Shown here: piece by piece, positions 19,738 through 30,137 of the stretch | How positions within the stretch are numbered: position 1 is the stretch's first letter | Layout of the letters: every line of letters begins with the position of its first letter | NCBI GenBank assembly: GCA_963769975.1 | Contig: CAVYNS010000003.1 | Coordinates: 384,434 to 448,433 of the forward strand | DNA: 64,000 nt | Reading direction: 5' to 3' | Source: an uncultured Chloroflexia bacterium | GTDB lineage: Bacteria; Chloroflexota; Dehalococcoidia; GIF9; AB-539-J10 | Notes under the pieces: model-generated | Seen by the model: only the letters and a program-made list of their open reading frames with translations | What the model was told of the DNA's origin: nothing | Databases searched by the model: none | Position numbers and translations under genes: made by a program

Positions 19738-20838
19738 ATGGCGATAAAACAAGATTATTATGAAGTGCTGGGAGTGCCTCGAAACGCCAGTGGTGAGGAA
19801 ATTAAGAGAGCGTTTCGCAAATTAGCTTTCCAGTGCCATCCTGACCGCAATAAAGAGCCAGGAGCTGAGGAGAAATTTAAGGAAATAAACGAGGCCTACC
19901 AGGTTCTTTCCGACCCCGACAAAAGGAACAGGTATGACCGCTATGGCCGGGTAGATGTTGAGGGAGGCTTTCCCGACTCTGGCTTTGGTGGCTTGGGAGA
20001 TATTTTTGAATCCTTCTGGGATGGTTTTGGCACCATTTTTGGTGGGCGCACTGCTCAGCGTGTTCCCCAGCAGGGAGATAGCCTACAAAGTCACTTTACT
20101 CTTTCCTTTGAGGAGGCGGTATTCGGCTGTAATAAAGAAGTTGAATTACCCCGCATCGAGTTTTGTCCCTCCTGTCATGGCATTGGCAGCGAGCCGGGGA
20201 CAAATCCTGAAACCTGTCCCAATTGTCGCGGCACAGGCCAAGTGAGGAGAGTTCAGCAAAGCATTTTTGGGCGCTACACCAGCACCACCACTTGCTCTCG
20301 TTGTGGAGGTAGCGGCACTGTGATAAGCCATCCTTGTTCTCAATGCCAGGGGAGGGGAAGGATAAAGGTGAAGCGCAAAATAAAGGTTACTATTCCAGCT
20401 GGCGTGGATGAAGGACATCGATTACGCTTGGATGGAGAGGGGAGTGCCGGCGTATATGGAGGCCCCCCCGGCGACCTTTATGTCACTTTCTCAGTAAAGC
20501 CACACAATTTCTTCCATAGAGATGGCAGTGACATTCTTTACGAGTTACCCATCAATTTTGCTCAAGCCGCTTTGGGTGATGAGGTAAAAGTGCCATCTTT
20601 GGATGGAAAGGTAGATTTAAAAATACCGCCAGGAACTCAAAATGGGAAAACCTTTCGCTGTAAAGGCAAAGGAATTCCTTACATTGATGGCAAGGGCAGA
20701 GGAGACCTGCTTGTCAAAGTAGTGATAACAACTCCACAACACCTGGATAAAAACCAGCGTCATCTTTTTGAAGAATTGTCTAAGGTATTACCTCGGACTG
20801 AACCGCCTCAGGACACTCAATCCAGAGAGCAGCGATGA
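19738..20838 (+). CDS. dnaJ: molecular chaperone DnaJ (full length, 4x CxxCxGxG)
   Basis: 366 aa; J-domain, G/F region, four zinc-finger repeats, C-terminal domain. Confidence 0.9.
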   Translation: MAIKQDYYEVLGVPRNASGEEIKRAFRKLAFQCHPDRNKEPGAEEKFKEINEAYQVLSDPDKRNRYDRYGRVDVEGGFPDSGFGGLGDIFESFWDGFGTIFGGRTAQRVPQQGDSLQSHFTLSFEEAVFGCNKEVELPRIEFCPSCHGIGSEPGTNPETCPNCRGTGQVRRVQQSIFGRYTSTTTCSRCGGSGTVISHPCSQCQGRGRIKVKRKIKVTIPAGVDEGHRLRLDGEGSAGVYGGPPGDLYVTFSVKPHNFFHRDGSDILYELPINFAQAALGDEVKVPSLDGKVDLKIPPGTQNGKTFRCKGKGIPYIDGKGRGDLLVKVVITTPQHLDKNQRHLFEELSKVLPRTEPPQDTQSREQR

Positions 20839-21815
20839 CTTGCTACTAGTCCTTTGAATTTGCTCAATACTCGACTGGGAGGCAAGCCTTCAAAAAGAAT
20901 CCCATAAATAAGGTTGATAATGGGTAATTTAAGTCCCTGGTTTTTCGCCAACTGGTGGACCGCCGCAGTGGTGGAGACTCCTTCGGCGACGTGTGTCATA
21001 GAGGCAGATATCTCAGATAAAGAGCGACCCTTAGCCAATTCGTAGCCAACATAATGATTGCGGCTGAGAGTGCTGGCGCAAGTAGTTATCAAGTCACCTA
21101 AACCAGCTAGTCCATAAAAAGTGCCAGCCCTGGCTCCCAAAGTTACCCCTAGGGAAACAACCTCATCCCACCCCCAAGCAATGAAAGCTCCCTTAGCATT
21201 GTCACCTAAGCTTAATCCATCTATCATGCCAGCACCTAGAGCTATAATGTTTTTCAGAGTTCCGCCTAATTCAACTCCGATAACATCATCGCTAGTATAA
21301 AGAACGAATTTGGGCGACTCCATCAATCCCTTCGCTCTTTCCGCTAAAACTATGTCCAGAGCGGCAATGACCGAAACAGCCGGGAGGCCCTGGGCGATTT
21401 CCCCGGCTAGATTAGGACCAGAGAGAACACAAATTTGCCCTCTTAAGGAAGGAGCAATCTCCTCTGCCAGCACTTGTGACATCCTTTTACCACTATCCAC
21501 TTCCAATCCCTTGGCGGCGCTCATCAATAGCATCGAATTAGTCAGATAATCCTTGGCTTGCCTGACATTTTCCCTCAACTTTTGAGAGGGAACCGCCCAG
21601 ATTACCAGGTTGGCCTCGCTTAAGGCTTCCCCAATGTGGCTAGTAGATGAATAACTACGCCGTCCTTGATTTAGCTTTTCGGCTTCAGCCTTGCTTCGCG
21701 TCCACAGTGTTACTGCTGCTCCTTTATCACTCACCAAAGCACCTAAAGTATTGCCCCAAGAGGTATTGCCTATGACAGTGACTTTCAGACATGGCCTCTC
21801 GCGCTTTTTTACCAT
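20817..21815 (-). CDS. gpsA: NAD(P)H-dependent glycerol-3-phosphate dehydrogenase
   Basis: 332 aa; Rossmann GxGxxG N-terminus and GpsA core motifs. Confidence 0.85.
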   Translation of the reverse strand: MVKKRERPCLKVTVIGNTSWGNTLGALVSDKGAAVTLWTRSKAEAEKLNQGRRSYSSTSHIGEALSEANLVIWAVPSQKLRENVRQAKDYLTNSMLLMSAAKGLEVDSGKRMSQVLAEEIAPSLRGQICVLSGPNLAGEIAQGLPAVSVIAALDIVLAERAKGLMESPKFVLYTSDDVIGVELGGTLKNIIALGAGMIDGLSLGDNAKGAFIAWGWDEVVSLGVTLGARAGTFYGLAGLGDLITTCASTLSRNHYVGYELAKGRSLSEISASMTHVAEGVSTTAAVHQLAKNQGLKLPIINLIYGILFEGLPPSRVLSKFKGLVASHRCSLD

Positions 21816-22456
21816 AATCGGCGTTCCGTGCCTTGTCTTAAGCGTTTTATATTGTCTTGATGCTGGTAGACGAGCAATGCGGTAACTACTAACCCATAAA
21901 CTAGATAGATGAGAGGGAAGTTATACAAGATGGTTAAGGGTATCATTAAGCAACAAGCAGCGAAGGCTCCCAGAAGAGAACCAAGGGACATATGCCGGCT
22001 GTGTAATGCTGCTATAGCCAAAACTTCGGCACCAAATATACCCGCGGGAGGGAAAATAGCGAACAATGTGCCAAAATAGGCGGTTACACCTCTACCACCC
22101 CTAAACTTGGCAAATACAGGCCAGGTATGTCCTGCCACTGCCGCCAAGCCAGCTACAACCTGGGCTACATGCTGCCAGTTAAGAGATACGCTACCAATGG
22201 CTAAAACGCCGCTGCCTTTATCTATAATTACTGCGGCTAGCATGACCGCCACAGTAGCCTTAACCACATCGAGAACCAGAGTTAAAACGCCAAGCTTGGT
22301 CCCTACGGTTCTCATAACGTTAGTGGCACCAGTCTTACCACTTCCCTGTTCTCTAATATCAACGCCACTCTTAAATTTGCCTATTATCAGGCCGAAGGGA
22401 ATGGAACCAAGGAGATAAGCAATGACTACCACAGCCACAAACTTAGCTATCATCAT
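21809..22456 (-). CDS. plsY: glycerol-3-phosphate acyltransferase PlsY
   Basis: 215 aa membrane protein; GSGNxGATN-like motif (GSGKTGATNVMR). Confidence 0.85.
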   Translation of the reverse strand: MMIAKFVAVVVIAYLLGSIPFGLIIGKFKSGVDIREQGSGKTGATNVMRTVGTKLGVLTLVLDVVKATVAVMLAAVIIDKGSGVLAIGSVSLNWQHVAQVVAGLAAVAGHTWPVFAKFRGGRGVTAYFGTLFAIFPPAGIFGAEVLAIAALHSRHMSLGSLLGAFAACCLMIPLTILYNFPLIYLVYGLVVTALLVYQHQDNIKRLRQGTERRLW

Positions 22457-23793
22457 GCTCGCACTTCTACCTTTTTATTGGTTTTGCGGGAGGCCTTGGT
22501 GAAAATCAACTTCAAAGGAACGCCGCGAAAACCAAAACCCTGGCGAAGCTTATTTTCCAAATAGCGTCGATAGGAAAAATGAACCAGCTTAGGATCGTTA
22601 ACCTGGAGAACAAAAGTCGCTGGCTGAGATTCATTTTGATAGGCTCGAGCAATGTGTAATCGCCTAGAACCTGTGCGGGGTGGGGGATAACTATTTACTG
22701 CCTGTGTGATTAACTCGTCAACTTCTGATTGAGGTATTCGCTTCTGTCTTTCCTGCCAGATTTCCCAGGCTTGAGGTAGAATCCTGTTTATCCCCTGTCC
22801 TAGTTTAGCAGAGATGTAAACAACAGGTGTGTAGGAAGCAAATCTAAGTCTTCGTTCCAAGCTTCCTTTAAATTCTTGTCTTTGTTCTCGGGGAACAAGG
22901 TCCCATTTATTAACCACGAGCATCATGCCCTTTCCAACCTCAATAATATAGCCCGCGATATGCATATCTTGGGCAGTAATAAATTCACCGGCATCAATTA
23001 ACAATAAGGCAACATCGCAGCGGTTGATAGCCTGAAGAGCGCGCAGCAGACTATAATAATCCACTCCCGCATCAACCCTTCCACGTCGTTTAATCCCGGC
23101 GGTGTCGACAAGTAAGATCTCCTTGTCATCCCACTTCATTATAGCATCGAGCGAGTCGCGAGTCGTCCCCGGAGACTCATGGACAATGGCTCTTTCATCA
23201 CCTAGCAAGGCATTCAACAAAGTTGACTTGCCGACATTAGGTCGCCCCACGATAGCTAATTTAGCTTCTGCCGACTCGGCAATACTGACAGGCTCTGGAG
23301 GCAAAGAAGCCAACACGGCATCCATTAGTTCATCTATCCCTCGATTATGGTGAGCACTGATAGCTATAGGCCCACCCATGCCCAAGCGATAGAAATCGGC
23401 CACCTGATTTGCTTTCTTGGCAGAATCTACCTTGTTTACTGTTAGTATGATTGGCTTATTGGCGGCACGCAGTACATCAGCAATTTCCTCATCGGCAGCA
23501 ATAACTCCGTCTTTGACATCTACCAAAAAGATGATGACATCTGCCTGAGCAATAGCTGCTTCGACCTGCTGTTTGACCTTTTGCTCCAAAGACCCTTGTG
23601 GGTCTGCCTGCCAGCCACCAGTGTCCACCACAGTTAACTCCCGCCCCTGCCAGGAAACAAAAGCAAAAACGCGGTCTCTGGTGGTTCCCGGTAAATCAGC
23701 AACTACAGCTATCTGCTTGCCCGCCAGGCGGTTAAGCAAGGTGGACTTGCCCACGTTGGTTCTCCCCACAATGGCTACAATAGACCTAGTCAT
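22453..23793 (-). CDS. der: ribosome-biogenesis GTPase Der (EngA), tandem GTPase domains
   Basis: 446 aa; two G-domains (GRTNVGKST, GRPNVGKST) and a KH-like C-terminus. Confidence 0.9.
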   Translation of the reverse strand: MTRSIVAIVGRTNVGKSTLLNRLAGKQIAVVADLPGTTRDRVFAFVSWQGRELTVVDTGGWQADPQGSLEQKVKQQVEAAIAQADVIIFLVDVKDGVIAADEEIADVLRAANKPIILTVNKVDSAKKANQVADFYRLGMGGPIAISAHHNRGIDELMDAVLASLPPEPVSIAESAEAKLAIVGRPNVGKSTLLNALLGDERAIVHESPGTTRDSLDAIMKWDDKEILLVDTAGIKRRGRVDAGVDYYSLLRALQAINRCDVALLLIDAGEFITAQDMHIAGYIIEVGKGMMLVVNKWDLVPREQRQEFKGSLERRLRFASYTPVVYISAKLGQGINRILPQAWEIWQERQKRIPQSEVDELITQAVNSYPPPRTGSRRLHIARAYQNESQPATFVLQVNDPKLVHFSYRRYLENKLRQGFGFRGVPLKLIFTKASRKTNKKVEVRA

Positions 23794-25529
23794 GGCCTCT
23801 TAGCTTCAAAACGCCTTGCAATCTCTTCAAATCCCTTCAAGGACTTAAGATCTTCCTCGGAAAGCCTTTCTTTAAATTCTTTCATTGCTTCCTTCACCAC
23901 CTGAGCCATCCCCTCTTTGTCCGCCTCGTTCTTCAATTTAACCAGCACCAAAGCTCTCTCCTCAGCTCCTTTCATGTCCCCCAATCTAATGCTCTCCAAG
24001 CCAAGCCTTTGAAGCGCCACGCCTTTGTTATACCAGGCCTTGGCATCATCTGGCTTTAGCTTTATCGCCTTATCAAAGCAAGCCAAGGCTTCTCTATGCT
24101 GCCCAAGCTCGGCAAGCACCGCGCCTTTGTTGCTCCAAGCCTCGGCATCATCTGGCTCTAGCTTTATCGCCTCATCATAGCAAGCAAGCGCTTTTTCAGG
24201 CTGCCCAAGCTCGCCAAGCGCCACGCCTTTGCCGACCCAGGGTTCGATAAGAGTAGGTTTCAGTTCCAAGGCTTGGTCGAAGCAAACAATTGCCTCGTCA
24301 ATTTCACCAAGTTCATCGCATAGTATGGCTCCCTTGTTGTTCCAAGCTTCGGCAAAATCTGGCTTCAGCCTTATCGCCTCGTCATAGCAAGCAAGCGCTT
24401 CCTTATACCGCTCAAGCTTGCCAAGCGCCATGCCCTTGCCATACCAAGACTGGCAATCACTGGGGTCTAGCTTTAATATTTCACCGAAGCAAGCCAGGGC
24501 TTCTTTAGGCTGCCCAAGCTCGCCAAGCGCCGCGCCCTTGCCATACCAGGCCTGGCAATCATTGGGGTCTAGCTTTAATGCTTCATCGAAACAAGCAAGG
24601 GCTTCTTTAGGCTGCCCAAGCTCGCCAAGCGTCACGCCTTTGTTATACCAGGCCTCAGCAAAATCTGGCTTTAGCTTTACCGCCTTATCAAAGCAAGCCA
24701 GGGCTTCTTTAGGCTGTCCAAGCTCATAAAGCGTCACGCCTTTGTTATACCAGACCCCAGCATTATCTGCCTTTAGCTTTATCGCCTTATCAAAGCAAGC
24801 AAGGGCTTCTTTAGGCTGCCCAAGCTCGGCAAGCACCGCGCCTTTGTTGTTCCAAGCCTCGGCATCATCTGGCTCTAACTTTATCGCCTCATCATAGCAA
24901 GCAAGGGCTTCTTTAGGCTGCCCAAGCTTGCCATGCGCCATGCCTTTGTTATACCAGGCCTCAGCAAAATCTGGCTTTAGCTTTACCGCCTCAGTAACGT
25001 AAACCAGAGCCTTCTCACGTTCCGCCTGCATCGACAGAGCAGCGCCGATGAGGTTAAGGCAAATGGCCTGAAGGGGCTTATCATCGAGCTTTTGAGCAAA
25101 TTCATAGGCTCGGCGATAAGCTTTCTCAGCTTCGGAAAAGGCATCGGAGTGGAAGCTCTCGTCTCCATAGGCAATAAAGGCGAAGGTGCTAAATCGCAGC
25201 TTGTCTTCTTTAGACAAGGCTTTAACCTTAGGAGCCTTCAGAAGCCTCTGGGCATCTTCACTCCGCTTTATCTTTCTGCTCCGCACCTGCGGGTCTTCAA
25301 ATTCCTTCTTGTCCGCCTTGCTCAAGAGTTCTCTAGTTTGAGGGAGCTTCAGCAAAGTTTCCACGCCATAATCAAGAAGCTCCTTAGTCTTTTCGACAGA
25401 TGGCGCTCTTACTCTTATGCCTTTATCGCTCACCTCTATCTCCGCCTCACCAACCCCTAAAGCGCTCTTTACTTTTCCTAAAACACCTTTGGCAGCTTTT
25501 TTGGCTGCTTCCATTCCCAATTCTTCCAT
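23790..25529 (-). CDS. tetratricopeptide-repeat protein (about 13 near-identical TPR units)
   Basis: 579 aa; repeated EALACFDKAIKLKPDFAEAWYNKG units, also repeated at the DNA level. Confidence 0.8.
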   Translation of the reverse strand: MEELGMEAAKKAAKGVLGKVKSALGVGEAEIEVSDKGIRVRAPSVEKTKELLDYGVETLLKLPQTRELLSKADKKEFEDPQVRSRKIKRSEDAQRLLKAPKVKALSKEDKLRFSTFAFIAYGDESFHSDAFSEAEKAYRRAYEFAQKLDDKPLQAICLNLIGAALSMQAEREKALVYVTEAVKLKPDFAEAWYNKGMAHGKLGQPKEALACYDEAIKLEPDDAEAWNNKGAVLAELGQPKEALACFDKAIKLKADNAGVWYNKGVTLYELGQPKEALACFDKAVKLKPDFAEAWYNKGVTLGELGQPKEALACFDEALKLDPNDCQAWYGKGAALGELGQPKEALACFGEILKLDPSDCQSWYGKGMALGKLERYKEALACYDEAIRLKPDFAEAWNNKGAILCDELGEIDEAIVCFDQALELKPTLIEPWVGKGVALGELGQPEKALACYDEAIKLEPDDAEAWSNKGAVLAELGQHREALACFDKAIKLKPDDAKAWYNKGVALQRLGLESIRLGDMKGAEERALVLVKLKNEADKEGMAQVVKEAMKEFKERLSEEDLKSLKGFEEIARRFEAKRP

Positions 25530-25533
25530 TTGC

Positions 25534-26445
25534 TCATTCTCTCATAAGCTTCACCAGCAATGCTTTTTGCAGATGAATCCTGTTTTCTGCCTGGTCGAAG
25601 ACCACTGACCGGGGGTCATCTAGCAACTCGGCGGAAATTTCCTCGCCATGGTGGGCCGGCAAGGGATGCATGAACAAAACATCTCTTTTAGCCAAGTTTA
25701 ATAACTTATTATCCACTTGATAGCCTGAAAAGGCACGACGGCGTTTCTTTGCTTCCGCTTCCTGGCCCATGCTAACCCACACATCGGTATAAATTATATC
25801 AGCACCTTTGGCTGCTTCATGAGGGTCGTTAGTCAACTGAATCTGGCTGCCACTCCGAATAGCGAACCCCTTCCCCTTACTCAATACTTTCTCTTTGATT
25901 TCATAACCTGGAGGAGAGGCGAGGCGGAAATTCATACCCACTAGGCAAGCAGAGAGAAGCAAGCTGTTGGCGACATTATTACCATCGCCAATGAATGCTA
26001 AAGTCAAACCGGAAAGCCTCCCTTTCTTTTCATAAATAGTGAGAAGGTCAGAAAGAGCCTGACAGGGGTGTTCCAGGTCAGAAAGAGCATTAATCACAGG
26101 CACAGAAGAATGACCAGCGAGAATGTGCAAAGTCTCCTGGGAAAATGTGCGGGCGGCAATGCCATCGACATAGCGACTGAGCACCCGAGCTATATCAGCC
26201 GCTGATTCTCGCTTGCCCAAGCCTACCTCTTCTGGAGATAGGTAAATGCTGTGTCCGCCCAGTTGATACATAGCCATCTCAAAACTGACCCTTGTTCGCA
26301 AGGAAGGCTTTTCAAAGAGGAGAGCTAAGGTTCTCCCTGAAAGAAGAGTTGTCGCCCCTTCTTTTTTCATACGCCAGGCTTGCTTTATGAGTTGCTCAAT
26401 TTCCTTGTAGTTAAGGTCAACTATTGAGAGCAAATCCTTTTTCAT
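25534..26445 (-). CDS. argF: ornithine carbamoyltransferase
   Basis: 303 aa; STRTR carbamoyl-phosphate motif and the HPLP motif. Confidence 0.85.
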   Translation of the reverse strand: MKKDLLSIVDLNYKEIEQLIKQAWRMKKEGATTLLSGRTLALLFEKPSLRTRVSFEMAMYQLGGHSIYLSPEEVGLGKRESAADIARVLSRYVDGIAARTFSQETLHILAGHSSVPVINALSDLEHPCQALSDLLTIYEKKGRLSGLTLAFIGDGNNVANSLLLSACLVGMNFRLASPPGYEIKEKVLSKGKGFAIRSGSQIQLTNDPHEAAKGADIIYTDVWVSMGQEAEAKKRRRAFSGYQVDNKLLNLAKRDVLFMHPLPAHHGEEISAELLDDPRSVVFDQAENRIHLQKALLVKLMRE

Positions 26446-26680
26446 CTTTCGTCTCTCTTGATACTACTTCAGCGCATCACGTTTGTCAATTCGTAAAACA
26501 CAACTTTACAACAAGCTCCAGAGTTGTTATTGGGAATGGTAAACTACTTGTACTGTGTTACAATGAAACGAACACCTAACATTCAAGACAACTCACTCTT
26601 GATTCTATCCTGAGAGGATAAGCTAGACTGTCAGGTTTTATTATTATGTCAACTACTTTGTGGTATGACGGTGGCAAAAT

Positions 26681-26896
26681 ATGGAGATAAAAGTGAAATG
26701 CTATTCAGGCTACGTCTATGCTGAAGAACCACGGTCTTTTGTCTGGCAAGAAAAGGAACTAGGAATAAAGTCAATAGAAAAAGCCTGGCAGGAACCAGGC
26801 AAAAGGCTATTCAGGGTTGTTACTCAGGATGGCAAACTATTTGAACTGTGTTACAATGAAGCGGATGACCAATGGTCTGCGGTTGAATTGATGTGA
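26681..26896 (+). CDS. hypothetical small protein (71 aa)
   Basis: ORF with reasonable codon usage; a degenerate duplicate of its 3' end lies upstream at 26527-26575. Confidence 0.4.
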   Translation: MEIKVKCYSGYVYAEEPRSFVWQEKELGIKSIEKAWQEPGKRLFRVVTQDGKLFELCYNEADDQWSAVELM

Positions 26897-26913
26897 TGTC
26901 TTAAGGAGAACTC

Positions 26914-27396
26914 ATGAAAGAGATTTTTGAAATTCTAGAACAGAATGCCCGAGCCACTCCGGCACAGATTGCCACCTTGGTGGGTAAACCCGTCAGAGAA
27001 GTAGAAAAAATAATTAAGCAAGCTGAGAAAGATGGGACTATTCTGAAATATAAAGCCATAGTAAACTGGCCTAAATTAGAAAAGGAAGATATATGGGCTT
27101 TAATCGAAGTCAGAGTAACACCACAACGTGGTGTGGGCTTCGATGCCATTGCCGAGCGCATTTATCAATTCCCCGAAGTGTATTCTGCCTATCTAGTCTC
27201 CGGCACCTATGACCTATCTATATTAGTGAGAGGCAAAAATATGCAGGAAATTTCCAGCTTTGTCGCAGAGAAACTAGCTCCTCTAGACCAGGTGCAAAGT
27301 TCCGTCACCCATTTTCTGCTCAAACGATATAAGGAGTATGGGGAAACTTTTCACCTTCCTAAGGAAACAAATAGACGTTTACCAATAACGCCGTAA
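26914..27396 (+). CDS. Lrp/AsnC-family transcriptional regulator
   Basis: 160 aa; N-terminal HTH plus a C-terminal RAM domain. Confidence 0.8.
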   Translation: MKEIFEILEQNARATPAQIATLVGKPVREVEKIIKQAEKDGTILKYKAIVNWPKLEKEDIWALIEVRVTPQRGVGFDAIAERIYQFPEVYSAYLVSGTYDLSILVRGKNMQEISSFVAEKLAPLDQVQSSVTHFLLKRYKEYGETFHLPKETNRRLPITP

Positions 27397-27397
27397 T

Positions 27398-28603
27398 ATG
27401 CCAAAGACAAAGTCCACTGCAACCGAAGCCCCAGATAACCTGATTTCACAAAAGGTAGCTACGCTGCCGCCATCAGGCATCAGAAAGTTTTTCGACCTGC
27501 TTTCCTCCATGGAAGACGTTATCTCGCTTGGCATAGGTGAACCTGATTTCGTTACTCCCTGGCATATCAGGGAGGCCGGCATATATTCTCTGGAAAAAGG
27601 CTATACAATGTATACCTCGAATTCCGGCATGCCGGAATTACGCCAGGAACTAGCCAGCTATTTGGAGATTCATTACGGGGTAAGCTATCATCCTGAGCAC
27701 GAAATCCTCATTACTGCAGGAAGTAGTGAAGGACTAGACCTTGTTCTGAGAGCAATTATCAATCCCGGTGACGAGGTCGTAATCCCCGACCCTTGCTATG
27801 TAGCTTATCCTGCCGACATCACTCTGGCTGGTGGCACGCCTATTCTTATTCCCACAAACGAAAAAAACAACTTTGTTATCAGGGCCACCGATATTGAAGC
27901 CAAGATCACGAAGAAGACGAAGGCTATTTTGATAGGTTACCCGGCGAATCCCACGGGTGCAGTCATGTCCAAAAAAGAGGCGGATGCCATTGCCGAGCTG
28001 GCCAAAAAGCATGACCTATTGGTAATATCGGATGAGATATATGCTCGTTTGGTTTATGGGGTGGAACATGTCTGTTTTCCCAGCCTTCCCGGGATGAAGA
28101 AGCGTACCCTCTTGATTAGCGGATTTTCTAAATCTCACGCCATGACTGGTTGGCGTATTGGCTATGTGGCAGCCGATCGCCGTTTCATTCAGGCCCTGAC
28201 AAAAATTCATCAATACACTTTGCTCTGTGCCCCGACGATGACGCAGATGGCAGCCATCGAGGCCTTAAAAAATGGTGAGAGCGAGGTCGAAAAGATGGTT
28301 CAAGAGTACAACAGACGCCGTCGCTTCATGGTCAAAAGATTGAATGAGATTGATCTGTCCTGTTTTGAGCCCAAGGGTGCTTTCTTTGCCTTTCCCTCCA
28401 TAAAAGCTACTGGAATGAATTCAGAAGAATTTGCTGAAAAACTGCTATTGGCAGAAAAAGTTGCCGTGGTCCCGGGCGTTGCCTTCGGACCATGCGGTGA
28501 AGGTTTTGTCCGCTGCTGTTACGCTACTTCGTTACCCAATATCGAGGAAGCACTGAGAAGAATGGACAGATTCATCAGAAAAAGCAGGCGATCCACAGCA
28601 TAA
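27398..28603 (+). CDS. class I/II (aspartate-type) aminotransferase
   Basis: 401 aa; PLP-lysine region SGFSKSHAMTGWRIGY. Confidence 0.85.
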   Translation: MPKTKSTATEAPDNLISQKVATLPPSGIRKFFDLLSSMEDVISLGIGEPDFVTPWHIREAGIYSLEKGYTMYTSNSGMPELRQELASYLEIHYGVSYHPEHEILITAGSSEGLDLVLRAIINPGDEVVIPDPCYVAYPADITLAGGTPILIPTNEKNNFVIRATDIEAKITKKTKAILIGYPANPTGAVMSKKEADAIAELAKKHDLLVISDEIYARLVYGVEHVCFPSLPGMKKRTLLISGFSKSHAMTGWRIGYVAADRRFIQALTKIHQYTLLCAPTMTQMAAIEALKNGESEVEKMVQEYNRRRRFMVKRLNEIDLSCFEPKGAFFAFPSIKATGMNSEEFAEKLLLAEKVAVVPGVAFGPCGEGFVRCCYATSLPNIEEALRRMDRFIRKSRRSTA

Positions 28604-28758
28604 GAGGCAAATTAGAAACAAGCTTGAGTTTTACTCATTTCTTCCGAAAGGCGTACCAGTTTGCCCGTGGGGTATGGGATGACAGGAGTTCTCAGTGTGA
28701 CCCCATTAGCAACGGAAAGAATGACTCTACGTGAATTTTCTCAGGAGGTGAATTAGTT

Positions 28759-30101
28759 ATGGCTGGAGAAAAGGGAAAAAGGGCGATAAACCGGCTGAAA
28801 TCAATGCACCCGCTCAGGGCTAAGGTAAATGAAACATATCTAAAGAGTGTTGAAGCTATACAAGCAGGCAAGCCTGCTGTCTGGGGTATGCTCAATTTCT
28901 ACTATGGCGACCCCATCCTGAAAGCCATGGATATAGAAGTGGTCTACCCCGAAAATTATGGCGCCATTGCCGCGGCTACAGGAGTTGCCCGGCAATACCT
29001 GGACCGGGCTGATGCCGAGGGGTTTCCCACCCATCTTTGCGGTTATAGCCTGACCACCCTAGGCTATGCGTCCAGGATGATGAAAGAATTGAAGGGGCAG
29101 ATACCTCCGGAAGCACCCCTCGGAGGAATGCCCAAGCCCCTATTTCTAATGTCCTCAGCTGCCATCTGTGATGCAAGGTACAAGTGGTTCCAAGCGCTGG
29201 GACGTTATATGGATGTCCCGGTATGGCCACTGGAAGCCCCTCTCCCAGGCATCAAGGAATTTTTCATCGAGGGCTATTATGACAGAATGGTGAAACTGGG
29301 AGTCAAGCACCTGAGGGACTTTGTTGCTTTCGTGGAAGGCATGGTAGGCAAGAAGATGGACTGGGACAAGCTGGATAAAACAGCGAACCTCATGATAGAG
29401 GTTAACCGTGTTTGGCATGAAGTCAACGAACTGCGCAAGGCAAAGCCTTGCCCAATGCACAGCCGGGACTTCTGGAGTGCCATGCCCGCTGCCCTGTTCC
29501 TGGCTGGCGACCTCGAGGACTCACTGAGACTCTACCAGGATATGTACAAGGAGGTCAAAGATAGAGTCAATAACCATGTAGGCGCCATCCCCGATGAAAA
29601 ATACCGGCTGGTATTCGCCGAGCTCCCCCCTGGCATAGCCTAGCCTTCTTCGACAGGCTGGCTGAGAGAGGATGGAACTTCGTCATTGAGAGCGTTGGCT
29701 ACCATCCACCTATACCCTTGGACCTCAGCAAGGTCAGTGACCCACTGGAGCGCATCACCAAGTTCAGCCTCCAGTTCCTTGTCGGCTACTACGAAGATGC
29801 CCGGAAACAGAACGTGCTCGGCGGCACCACCGCCTATCCTTACCTGAAGTATGCCAGGGAATGGAAGTGCGATGGAGCGCTTCTTCATCCCCTTATCACC
29901 TGCCGCAGCGCTTCTACACACCTTCCATACGTCTCAGATATGCTCATGGAGAAACTGAAGGTGCCCTCACTGAGCATCGAAGGCGATATCGTAGACCTCC
30001 GCCTGTTTAACCCGGAAGACGCCTTAGCCAAGGCAGAGCCGTTCGAGGAAACTATGGAGCACTACAGAAAAATGAGGAAACAGGCAGGGTCCGACTGGTG
30101 A
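28759..30101 (+). pseudogene. 2-hydroxyacyl-CoA dehydratase / benzoyl-CoA reductase B/C-type subunit (HgdB/BcrB-like), split by a frameshift
   Basis: N-terminal 294-aa ORF (28759-29643) and C-terminal 127-aa ORF (29718-30101) in different frames; the second frame is open from 29598 and the two overlap at a C7 run (29624-29630); together they total ~420 aa, the expected length. Confidence 0.6.
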
Positions 30102-30137
30102 AATAATCCAGGATTTCAATCTAACAAGGAGGCAGCG

